Shown piece by piece: positions 54,254 to 64,000 of a stretch of DNA of 64,000 bases (position 1 is its first letter; each line of letters opens with the position of its first letter). A model generated the notes under the pieces. It made no database searches. It worked only from the letters and a program-made list of their open reading frames with translations, and had not been told where the DNA came from. The DNA is taken from the NCBI GenBank assembly GCA_040285825.1, contig JAUPSS010000004.1, forward strand, positions 2,956,550 through 3,020,549, read 5' to 3'. This DNA is from Eukaryota sp. TZLM1-RC (Eukaryota; Protista; Metamonada: BaSk clade). The position numbers and the translations under genes are program-made.

Positions 54254-55869
54254 AAATCAGATTTAATAACTTCAAAAATTGCTTCTCTCTTTACAGAATT
54301 AAAAGCATTTTTAAAGTCGAGATTAAAAATAAAATTATTTTCCTCTGCATTAAAAAAGGTATCAGAGGCAATAGCAGCAACAGAAGCACCATCAATTGTT
54401 TTGATTCCAAATTGATGAGGATTCAAAAATGTAGAAGCTTTGTCTTTGACACGATCGAAGACAATTGATGCCAGCAAACGAGAAAGAGATTCACCAACAG
54501 CAATTGGGCGTATTCCATCAGGTTTGATTCCATTTCCAGGCTTTACTAAAGCAATCAGACGTGCAGCGAGTAATTCAAATGGAGGATTAATTTTCAAAAC
54601 AATTAATTGTTGAAAATAATGGGCTAGATCATCAGCAATTTCGGGAGCACTGGAACACGCTATTTTTAACAGATCAAAAGGAATTCCAGATGGGCCTGCT
54701 GCTTTCCCCTTTGGCAATTTTTGAATAGCTTTAAGAACTTCAATTGCAGTAATAGGATTTTCAATCCAAAAAGGACACACTTCAGGCTTGCTGCACTTGA
54801 AATTTTCTTGAGGATGCAACTTTTGAAGTTTTTCAAGGGTATCAGAGTTTGCATCAGCCAAAGAAGAGGAAAACAAAGACTGCTTTGCGGCACCATAACG
54901 ACCACGTAAGCACAATTTACGGCAAATTTTTGATTTTACAATTTTTCTATTTCCAAATTTTTTCTTAAAACAATTTTTGTTTTTTCTAGCAAAATATTTC
55001 CAGAAGGATGAAATATTCCACTTATTATTTTTCAATTCAGAAGTAAAATTTCTCATTTCCATTGAGAAGGGGATTGTGATGGCGGGACTTATTTCTACTG
55101 GGATCCGGATCGGGGGTCTTACGGTATCAACGGCTTTACAATTCGTACAAAACAGAAGTTTTCGACCATTTCGTGAATCTGCAACATCTTTTTTGCAAAA
55201 TGGACAACAAAAATTACTGTTTTCAGAAGGGGAAGAAGAGGGAACACTAGAAGCATTTAACTGTTGATCGTCAGAAACATTATTTTCAGCACCTTTCACA
55301 ACGGCATCAGCTGGAACAGAACATTCGAGAATTTGTTGAGCAGATTTTAATTCAATTTCTCTTTTTTGTTTCTCAGGGCATGGTCTCGAATTATGACCAC
55401 TGAAACCACAAATCGAACATTTTTTAGAACCTTTTAATGGCAATGGTTTCATTTTTTCAGTTATTTCTATTTTGTCAATTTGTGAGTTAAAAGTAGAAAT
55501 AGATTTTTGACTTTTTCCAGTTTCAGCTGGAGAAAACAAATTTCGAGAAACGGAGTTGGTAATAGAACGCGCAACAGAACGTAAGGAACGTAATGGTGGT
55601 TTTTGTGTGTTGTTTCTGGTACAATGATCAGTTTTTGAATTGAAATTTTTTTTGTGAAAAATTTCGAGCATAGCTTGCATTGTGGGGAGAGTGGTTAAGT
55701 GAAGGAGATGAGCTTGTTTTGACTGGTAGAATCTTTGCTTGGGCGTTCCAATCAGTATCAGAGTCACTATCAGCCAAAGGCATTGTTTTGACAGAGAAAC
55801 AGTACGACTTTGACGCCTTGACAGAAAGTGAAATATGAAAGGGTTGACTAAGGGAGGGAGAAAAAAAAA
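54252..55869 (-). mobile_element. Family A 5' half with complete, more diverged 5' end
   Basis: GGGAGGGAG-A9 at 55852-55869; CSICGFSGHNSRPC variant. Confidence 0.88.
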
Positions 55870-56092
55870 GAACATTTACAAATTAAATTATGAGGTAAAT
55901 TATCAGGCCAGATAAAGGAACGAAATCTCATATTCAGAGTCCAAGCAGAATCAGTTAAGAGAGTACCATAAACTTGGGGAATTGTTGTTACTAAGGCAGA
56001 AGAAGTACTGTCACACATATCTTGTAAAAGATTTGCAAAAGCGGGATTCTTTTTCTTGGCCAAGCCAAGTCTAACATCAAAATCCAAGCTTT
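55870..56092 (-). mobile_element. Family A short fragment
   Basis: ORF 55848-56087. Confidence 0.82.
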
Positions 56093-56380
56093 TGTTGAAC
56101 CACTTGTGCGAAGGTTGTCATCTGAAAATGAAGATGAAAATACTTTTGGGAAACGCCGTGCTGATTTAATTACCCCTGCGTCTGATGGTGTTATTAAAGT
56201 TGTTGATGTTGTTACTGTTGATGTTTGTAAAGACTCAGCAATTGATTTTGCTAAAAGAGACGAAACTCCACTTTGCTTTGCTGAAAAGAGCAAAATCAAA
56301 AAGTACAATGAACCCTTATCGCAGCTAGGACGTATTGAGCATGTCAAGTATCAGTTGGTTCCATTTGCTGTTTCTCTTTT
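56089..56380 (+). mobile_element. Family D RLE fragment (B-related but distinct)
   Basis: FVEPLVRRLSSENEDENTFGKRRADLITPASDGVIKVVDVVTVDVCK...KIKKYNEPL...PFAVSLF. Confidence 0.85.
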
Positions 56381-57653
56381 TAATTTAATTTATTTTCAAA
56401 ACCACAGTCTAAAAGTCAATATCTTCAAAACAAGCTTCCACACCATCAAACCTCGCAACAGCAATTTCTTCGTAATGTGCACTGACAGACATCAAAGCTT
56501 TCGAAATCATTTTAGGAATTGATTTGAAAATAGTAAAAACAATACGATTTAGCCACAAGCGACGATCAAAACGCTTATTCATTCTTTTTTTCACAAGATT
56601 TTCAAAATCATCAATAAAATTCAAAGCAGTTTTTCCAAGCCGACCATACAACGATATAGCAAATGGGCAAATTTGGTAATCTACATGGCGAACATGCTTC
56701 AATTCTTTTAAAGGATTTGCATACTTTTTCCGTTTGTACAATTCGGAGTCATCAAGGGGGGATACTTCGGATTGAGCATTTTTCAAGGCATTTTTCTTGC
56801 ATACATCCACTGTTACGACATCAACAACATTCATGACATCATCAAACGAGGGCACGACAACATCAGCACGTCGTTTTCCATATTCTGAATCTCTTACGCT
56901 TTCATTTATATCAAGAGACCTCAACAAAGGTTCTACAAAAGATTCAATATGATAGGAATTACACATTGCATGAATTTGATCTCTGACTGCATCATGCAAC
57001 GTAGAACGATAGGAAATATATCTATTACAATTAAATAAATGTGATAATGTCAAACCAGCTCCACATTTACAAAAACAAATCATTGGGCAAATTACAAGGC
57101 CATAAATAACAACGCATTCTCATAGCAGTGGTCCATTGGTCGTCATTCAAAAATAGACCATAAATCTGGGGAATTTGATTTATCAAAACTGCAGATGAAC
57201 TGTCCTTCAAATCAATCAAAAAATTGGCAAAAGCAGGATTTTCTTTCTTATAATAAAATAAACTTAATTTAAAAAAAAATTCTTAGCCGTGCTAAGTCGA
57301 ACAATAAAATCCTTGTTTTCAAAATTTTTCAAAAGATGTCGTTGGAGCTTTTTCAACGCAAATTTTAATGAATATAAACTTCTGTCTGGAATTTCTTGAA
57401 TGGATATGGGGAAACATGATTGCCATAAGTCGGGAGATAAACTGGATATTTCTTCTCTTAAGTTATCCAGGAATATGCTATTTGTATTTTCAAGAAGATT
57501 TTCGGCAAAAGGATATCTTCTAGAGAATTCAAATACAAAATTTTTTCCACCACCAATAAATGCAGCTTTGGTCAAATATTTTGATGAATTGAATCCAACA
57601 CCGCCAAGTTGAACATCAGAAAAAATATGATTTTTCAAAATTGATGGATCAAC
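56377..57653 (-). mobile_element. 5'-truncated family B copy containing a 29-bp mini-insertion (57251-57279)
   Basis: ORFs 56409-57083 and 57264-57698; TTCTTA TSD at 57245-57250 and 57280-57285. Confidence 0.88.
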
Positions 57654-58513
57654 TTTTTTTTTTAAATTTAATTTTATTCTAAACCTATAAATCAACATCT
57701 AAAAAATCCATCTCTCCCAAAACAAAAACACTAGATGCAACTCTCTCATAGTGAGATCCAAGAGAAAGCAAAGCATCAGAAACCATCTTCAACATCCCCT
57801 TAAAAATAGAAAACACAATTCTATTTTGCCAAAACAATCTGTTGAAATTTCTGCCAGTTCTTCTCTTTACAATCATTTCAAAATCATCCAAAAAACGTAA
57901 AGCAGTTGGTGCAAGTGAACCAAAAAGGGAAAATACAAATGGATACAAATTGTATTTAGCATGCTGTAGACTGGCCAATTTGGACAAAGGTTCATTGTAT
58001 TTTTTGAATTTAAAATTTTCAGCATTTGAAAGGGGATTATGAATTTCAGAATTAACAAGCCTTTCATTTGAGGCATTACAAGGATCAACAGACATTACAT
58101 CCAATAAAATGAAGCTTCCATCTAATCCAGGTAATATGACATCACCTCTATTATTCTTATGAAAATCATTTTCAGCATCAAACAGATTTGACAACAGAGG
58201 TTCCAAATAGAATTCAATTCTATAAGACTTACACATACAATATAATTGGTCTCTTACAGCATCGTGAACATTGCTTCTAAAAGTAATAAAATGTTTACAA
58301 TTTAACAAATGAGTAGTTGTAATTTCACGAGAACATTTACAAATTAAATTATGAGGTAAATTATCAGGCCAGATAAAGGAACGAAATCTCATATTCAGAT
58401 TCGGATAAGAGAGTACCATAAACTTGTGGAATTGTTGTTACTAAGGCAGAAGAAGTACTGTCACACATATCTTGTAAAAGATTTGCAAAAGCGGGATTCT
58501 TTTTCTTGGCCAA

Positions 58514-58622
58514 TTTTTTTTTTCTCCCTCCCTTAGTCAACCCTTTCATATTTCACTTTCTGTCAAGGCGTCAAAGTCGTACTGTTTCTCTGTCAAAACG
58601 ATGCCTTTGGCTGATAGTGACT
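58514..58622 (+). promoter_or_regulatory. Conserved 5' leader shared by A and B (candidate internal promoter / structured RNA)
   Basis: Nucleotide-level conservation with B 10635-10741; pyrimidine start; covarying helix over the ATG. Confidence 0.5.
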
Positions 58623-61600
58623 CTGATACTGATTGGAACGCCCAAGCAAAGATTCTACCAGTCAGATCAAGCTCATCCACTCCACTTCCCCACTCTCCCC
58701 ACAATACAGGCTATGCTCGAAATTCATCTCAAAAAAATTCTCATTCAAAAACTGATCATTGTACCAGAAAAAACACAGAAAAACCACCATTACGTTCCTT
58801 GCGTTCTGTTGCGCGTTCTATTAACAACTCCGTTTCTCGAAATTTGTTTTCTCCAGCTGAAACTGCAAAAAGTCAAAAGTCTATTTCTACTTTTTACTCA
58901 AAAATTGACAAAATTGAAAGAACTGAAAAAATGAAACCACTGCCATTAAAAGGTTCTAAAAAATGTTCGATTTGTGGTATCAGTGGTCATAATTCGAGAA
59001 CGTGCCCTGAGAAACAAAAAAGAGAATTTGAATTAAAATCTGCTCAACAAATTCTCAAATGTTCTGTTCCAGCTGTTGCCGTTGTGAAAGGTGCTGAAAA
59101 TAATGTTTCTGACGATCAACAGTTAAATGCTTCTAGTGTTCCCTCTTCTTCCCCTTCTGAAAACAGTAATTTTTGTTGTCCATTTTGCAAAAAAGATGTT
59201 GCAAATTCACGAAATGGTCGAAAACTTCTGTTTTGTACGAATTGTAAAGCCGTTGATACCGTAAGACCCCCGATCCGGATCCCAGTAGAAATAAGTCCCG
59301 CCAGCACAATCCCCTTCTCAATGGAAATGAGAAATTTTACTTCTGAATTGAAAAATAATAAGTGGAATATTTCATCCTTCTGGAAATATTTTGCTAGAAA
59401 AAACAAAAATTGTTTTAAGAAAAAATTTGGAAATAGAAAAATTGTAAAATCAAAAATTTGCCGTATATTGTGCTTACGTGGTCGTTATGGTGCCGCAAAG
59501 CAGTCTTTGTTTTCCTCTTCTTTGGCTGATGCAAACTCTGATACCCTTGAAAAACTTCAAAAGTTGCATCCTCAAGAAAATTTCAAGTGCAGCAAGCCTG
59601 AAGTGTGTCCATTTTGGATTGAAAATCCTATTACTGCAATTGAAGTTCTTAAAGCTATTCAAAAATTGCCAAAGGGGAAAGCAGCAGGCCCATCTGGAAT
59701 TTCTTTTGATCTGTTAAAAATAGCGTGTTCCAGTGCTCCCGAAATTGCTGATGATCTAGCCCACTATTTTCAACAATTGATTGTTTTGAAAATTAATCCT
59801 CCATTTGAATTACTCGCAGCACGTCTGATTGCTTTAGTAAAGCCTGGAAACGGAATCAAACCTGATGGAATACGCCCAATTGCTGTTGGTGAATCTCTTT
59901 CTCGTTTGCTAGCATCAATTGTCTTCGATCGTGTCAAAGACAAAGCTTCTACATTTTTGAATCCTCATCAATTTGGAATCAAAACAATTGATGGTGCTTC
60001 TGTTGCTGCTATTGCCTCTGATACCTTTTTTAATGCAGAGGAAAATAATTTTATTTTTAATCTCGACTTTAAAAATGCTTTTAATTCTGTAAAGCGAGAA
60101 GTAATTTTTGAAGTTATTAAATCTGATTTTCCTGAGCTATCGAGTTTTTTCTACCATTTTTATGGGAAAGAATCAGATTTAATTTTTAATTCATTTGGTC
60201 TTAAATCATCTTCTGGAGTGAAGCAGGGAGATCCTTTAGGCCCATTATTGTTTTGTTTAGCTATTCACAAAACTTTAAATATCATTAAGCAAAAATACCC
60301 TTCTATAAAAATAGTTGCTTATATGGATGATATATCCTTGATTGGTTCATTTGATTTACTAGAATTGGTTGCTCAAGAAATTGCCGATTCATATGAAAAT
60401 ATTGGGCTTCATCTTAATGCCAGCAAATGCCTTCTGATTGGCTCTTCTGCTCAAGACCTCGTGATAAACGATTCTATTGTCCCTTTTACTAATTATAGTA
60501 GTGATGCTTTTAAGTTCCTTGGTTGTTGGTTAGGAAATGTGCCTCAAATTCAGAATGAATTGCAAGTTATTTTGGAAAAAATGAAAATTGAACTTGATTC
60601 AATTTCTTCTTTAGATATAGAAAAGCATATTAAATTTTTCATGCTTAAAATTTGCTACACTGGGAGAATAACCCACATTTTGAGATCTTGTGCTCCTTCC
60701 ATAGCATTAGATTTTTGTCGTTCTTTTAATTCATTGAGAACAGAATTTTTTGCTGATTTATTGGATGTAGAACCAGGAATGTTGAAAAGCCATTTATTTT
60801 CTTCAGCAAATTTGGGTGGTATTGGTTTTACTAAATCTTCAATTTTGTGTCAATCAGCATTCTTGGGTGGTGGCAAAATTTTATTTATGAATTTTCTCGT
60901 AGATTTCCTGATGATTCTCATCTGTTAGTCCCCAATTGTAGTCCCTATTTGTATGAGTTATCTTGTGAACTTGAAAAATTACCGCCACAAATTTGGACCA
61001 AATGTTTTCCTCAATCAATTCAAGAAATTCCAAACCGATCTCTATTTAATTTACAGTTTTGCTGTAAAAAGCTTCAACAAAAATTGTCAAAGATTTTTGA
61101 AAGCTTGGATTTTGATGTTAGACTTGGCTTGGCCAAGAAAAAGAATCCCGCTTTTGCAAATCTTTTACAAGATATGTGTGACAGTACTTCTTCTGCCTTA
61201 GTAACAACAATTCCACAAGTTTATGGTACTCTCTTATCCGATTCTGCTTGGACTCTGAATATGAGATTTCGTTCCTTTATCTGGCCTGATAATTTACCTC
61301 ATAATTTAATTTGTAAATGTTCTCGAGAAATTACAACTACTCATTTGTTAAATTGTAAACATTTTATTACTTTTAGAAGCAAGGTTCATGATGCTGTAAG
61401 AGACCAGTTATATTGTATGTGTAAATCTCATAGAATTGAATCCTTCTTGGAACCTTTGTTGTCAAATCTGTTTGATGCTGAAAATGATTTTCATAAGAAT
61501 AATAGAGGTGATGTCATATTACCTGGATTAGATGGAAGCTTCATTTTATTGGATGTAATGTCTGTTGATCCTTGTAATGCCTCAAATGAAAGGCTTGTTA

Positions 61601-61969
61601 ATTCTGAAATTCATAATCCCCTTTCAAATGCTGAAAATTTTAAATTCAAAAAAATACAATGAACCTTTGTCCAAATTGGCCAGTCTACAGCATGCAAAAT
61701 ACAATTTGTATCCATTTGTATTTTCCCTTTTTGGTTCACTTGCACCAACTGCTTTACGTTTTTTGGATGATTTTGAAATGATTGTAAAGAGAAGAACTGG
61801 CAGAAATTTCAACAGATTGTTTTGGCAAAATAGAATTGTGTTCTCTATTTTTAAGGGGATGTTGAAGATGGTTTCTGATGCTTTGCTTTCTCTTGGATCT
61901 CACTATGAGAGAGTTGCATCTAGTGTTTTTGTTTTGGGAGAGATGGATTTTTTAGATGTTGATTTATAG
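58601..61969 (+). CDS. Family A polyprotein (~1122 aa): CCHC knuckle, C4 finger, reverse transcriptase, CCHC + restriction-like endonuclease; two compensating homopolymer frameshifts
   Basis: Joins ORFs 58601-60928, 60847-61662 and 61565-61969; motifs CSICGISGHNSRTC, CPFC..CTNC, AAGPSG, RPIAVGE, LDFKNAFNSV, QGDPLGP, YMDD, CKC..HLLNC, HDAVRD, RGD..LDV..KKY; span 3369 nt = 1123 codons. Confidence 0.9.
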
Positions 61970-61975
61970 GTTTAG

Positions 61976-61981
61976 AATAAA
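61976..61981 (+). terminator. AATAAA polyadenylation signal in the very short A 3' UTR
   Basis: TAG-GTTTAG-AATAAA-ATTAAATTTT-poly(A); AATAAA also precedes the tails of B, C and E. Confidence 0.7.
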
Positions 61982-64000
61982 ATTAAATTTTAAAAAAAAA
62001 AAAAAAAGCGGGATTCTTTTTCTTGGCCAAGCCAAGTCTAACATCAAAATCCAAGCTTTCAAAAATCTTTGACAATTTTTGTTGAAGCTTTTTACAGCAA
62101 AACTGTAAATTAAATAGAGATCGGTTTGGAATTTCTTGAATTGATTGAGGAAAACATTTTTTTTTCTAAAACTTTTTATTCAACAACAAATATGAAATAC
62201 ACAATTAAAACTCCACATCCTCAAAACCTGCCTCCCCTACATCAAAACAATTAATCGCTAAAGATTCAGAAAATTTCCCAAAAGAAGATAGTGAATCAGA
62301 AAATAGAAAACATTTGGTCCAAATTTGTGGCGGTAATTTTTCAAGTTCACAAGATAACTCATACAAATAGGGATTTTTGGTTTTGAAAATAAATTAAATG
62401 AATGAAAACAAAAAAAAACAAATAGGGACTACAATTGGGGACTAACAGATGAGAATCATCAGGAAATCTACGAGAAAATTCATAAATAAAATTTTTGCCA
62501 CCACCCAAGAATGCTGATTGACACAAAATTGAAGATTTAGTAAAACCAATACCACCCAAATTTGCTGAAGAAAATAAATGGCTTTTCAACATTCCTGGTT
62601 CTACATCCAATAAATCAGCAAAAAATTCTGTTCTCAATGAATTAAAAGAACGACAAAAATCTAATGCTATGGAAGGAGCACAAGATCTCAAAATGTGGGT
62701 TATTCTCCCAGTGTAGCAAATTTTAAGCATGAAAAATTTAATATGCTTTTCTATATCTAAAGAAGAAATTGAATCAAGTTCAATTTTCATTTTTTCCAAA
62801 ATAACTTGCAATTCATTCTGAATTTGAGGCACATTTCCTAACCAACAACCAAGGAACTTAAAAGCATCACTACTATAATTAGTAAAAGGGACAATAGAAT
62901 CGTTTATCACGAGGTCTTGAGCAGAAGAGCCAATCAGAAGGCATTTGCTGGCATTAAGATGAAGCCCAATATTTTCATATGAATCGGCAATTTCTTGAGC
63001 AACCAATTCTAGTAAATCAAATGAACCAATCAAGGATATATCATCCATATAAGCAACTATTTTTATAGAAGGGTATTTTTGCTTAATGATATTTAAAGTT
63101 TTGTGAATAGCTAAACAAAACAATAATGGGCCTAAAGGATCTCCCTGCTTCACTCCAGAAGATGATTTAAGACCAAATGAATTAAAATTAAATCTGATTC
63201 TTTACCATAAAAATGGTAGAAAAAACTCGATAGCTCAGGAAAATCAGATTTAATAACTTCAAAAATTGCTTCTCGCTTTACAGAATTAAAAGCATTTTTA
63301 AAGTCGAGATTAAAAATAAAATTATTTTCCTCTGCATTAAAAAAGGTATCAGAGGCAATAGCAGCAACAGAAGCACCATCAATTGTTTTGATTCCAAATT
63401 GATGAGGATTCAAAAATGTAGAAGCTTTGTCTTTGACACGATCGAAGACAATTGATGCTAGCAAACGAGAAAGAGATTCACCAACAGCAATTGGGCGTAT
63501 TCCATCAGGTTTGATTCCGTTTCCAGGCTTTACTAAAGCAATCAGACGTGCTGCGAGTAATTCAAATGGAGGATTAATTTTCAAAACAATCAATTGTTGA
63601 AAGTAGTGGGCTAGATCATCAGCAATTTCGGGAGCACTGGAACACGCTATTTTTAACAGATCAAAAGAAATTCCAGATGGGCCTGCTGCTTTCCCCTTTG
63701 GCAATTTTTGAATAGCTTTAAGAACTTCAATTGCAGTAATAGGATTTTCAATCCAAAAAGGACACACTTCAGGCTTGCTGCACTTGAAATTTTCTTGAGG
63801 ATGCAACTTTTGAAGTTTTTCAAGGGTATCAGAGTTTGCATCAGCCAAAGAAGAGGAAAACAAAGACTGCTTTGCGGCACCATAACGACCACGTAAGCAC
63901 AATTTACGGCAAATTTTTGATTTTACAATTTTTCTATTTCCAAATTTTTTTCTTAAAACAATTTTTGTTTTTTCTAGCAAAATATTTCCAGAAGGATGAA

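Larger units (their letters stand above)
58514..62007 (+). mobile_element. Full-length family A non-LTR retrotransposon, young insertion with 23-27-bp TSD
   Basis: 5' T10-CTCCCTCCC start; 3' AATAAA + A16; TSD AAAAGCGGGATTCTTTTTCTTGGCCAA at 58487-58513 and 62004-62030 (its 4 A's overlap the tail). Confidence 0.95.
1..64000. repeat. Nested cluster of CRE-like RLE non-LTR retrotransposons (families A-E); extends beyond both window edges
   Basis: Nearly every segment matches part of the full-length A (58514-62007) or B (7423-10741) elements or a related RT/RLE ORF; repeated poly(A)/poly(T) tails and TSDs. Confidence 0.95.
57654..64000 (-). mobile_element. Long variant A' copy (57654-58513, 62004-64000+) hosting the full-length A, family E end and mini-insertion
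   Basis: Continuous across each TSD; same 11-bp deletion as 39348-40335. Confidence 0.88.

Noticed and set aside
58514-58534. Polypyrimidine tract + AG as a (trans-)splice acceptor at the A 5' end
   Set aside because: Family B has CCCTTGG at the same position, so the AG is not conserved
60860-60890. Programmed ribosomal frameshift or two-ORF organisation
   Set aside because: Other copies (35316-37436, 20702-21709) read through in frame; breaks vary between copies and sit in homopolymers, consistent with sequencing error or decay
110-63896. Recurrent 60-100 aa ORFs (MVVMVPQ.., MNSFKNF.., MKFLPVL.., MILVMPQ.., MFFLAKY..) as separate genes
   Set aside because: Alternate-frame or antisense shadows of the element ORF; they recur only because the element is repeated and are not conserved between families
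1-64000. Bacterial RT systems (group II intron, retron, CRISPR-RT) or LTR elements
   Set aside because: Poly(A) tails, AATAAA, 5' truncation, TSDs and RLE domain indicate eukaryotic non-LTR elements; no LTRs, integrase, repeat-spacer array or cas genes
1-64000. Telomeric repeats, spliced-leader or rRNA genes as target sites
   Set aside because: None seen at any junction; the flanks are other elements. A subtelomeric location outside the window cannot be excluded
1-64000. Whole array as an assembly artefact
   Set aside because: Clean TSDs, matched empty and filled sites and copy-specific SNPs argue for real biology; individual tandem duplications still need read support

Overview
AT-rich eukaryotic DNA made almost entirely (about 63 of 64 kb) of nested, 5'-truncated and full-length copies of single-ORF non-LTR retrotransposons that carry a restriction-like endonuclease (RLE) and look like the CRE clade. 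Domain order: CCHC knuckle, C4 finger, RT (RPIAVGE, LDFKNAFNSV, QGDPLGP, YMDD), CCHC, then HD..RD and D..D..K RLE. At least four and probably five diverged families are intermixed. I label them A (dominant, ~3.5 kb, ~1122 aa), B (~3.3 kb), C (3' parts only), D (RLE fragment) and E (149-bp 3' end, missed by the ORF track). Elements insert into each other in both orientations (roughly 70% minus, 30% plus by hand tally), with AATAAA+poly(A) tails and target-site duplications (TSDs) of about 0-27 bp. The composite blocks were then re-amplified by tandem, dispersed and inverted segmental duplication. No host gene, spliced-leader gene, microsatellite or telomeric repeat target is visible; the only sizeable non-element DNA is a ~640-bp island at 25059-25696. 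The main hypothesis (inference, not shown by the sequence) is a retrotransposon-built centromere or heterochromatin domain, colonised by a guild of CRE-like elements targeted to a region rather than to a sequence. Most frameshifts lie in homopolymer runs and may be sequencing errors. Boundaries were read by eye and are accurate to a few bp.
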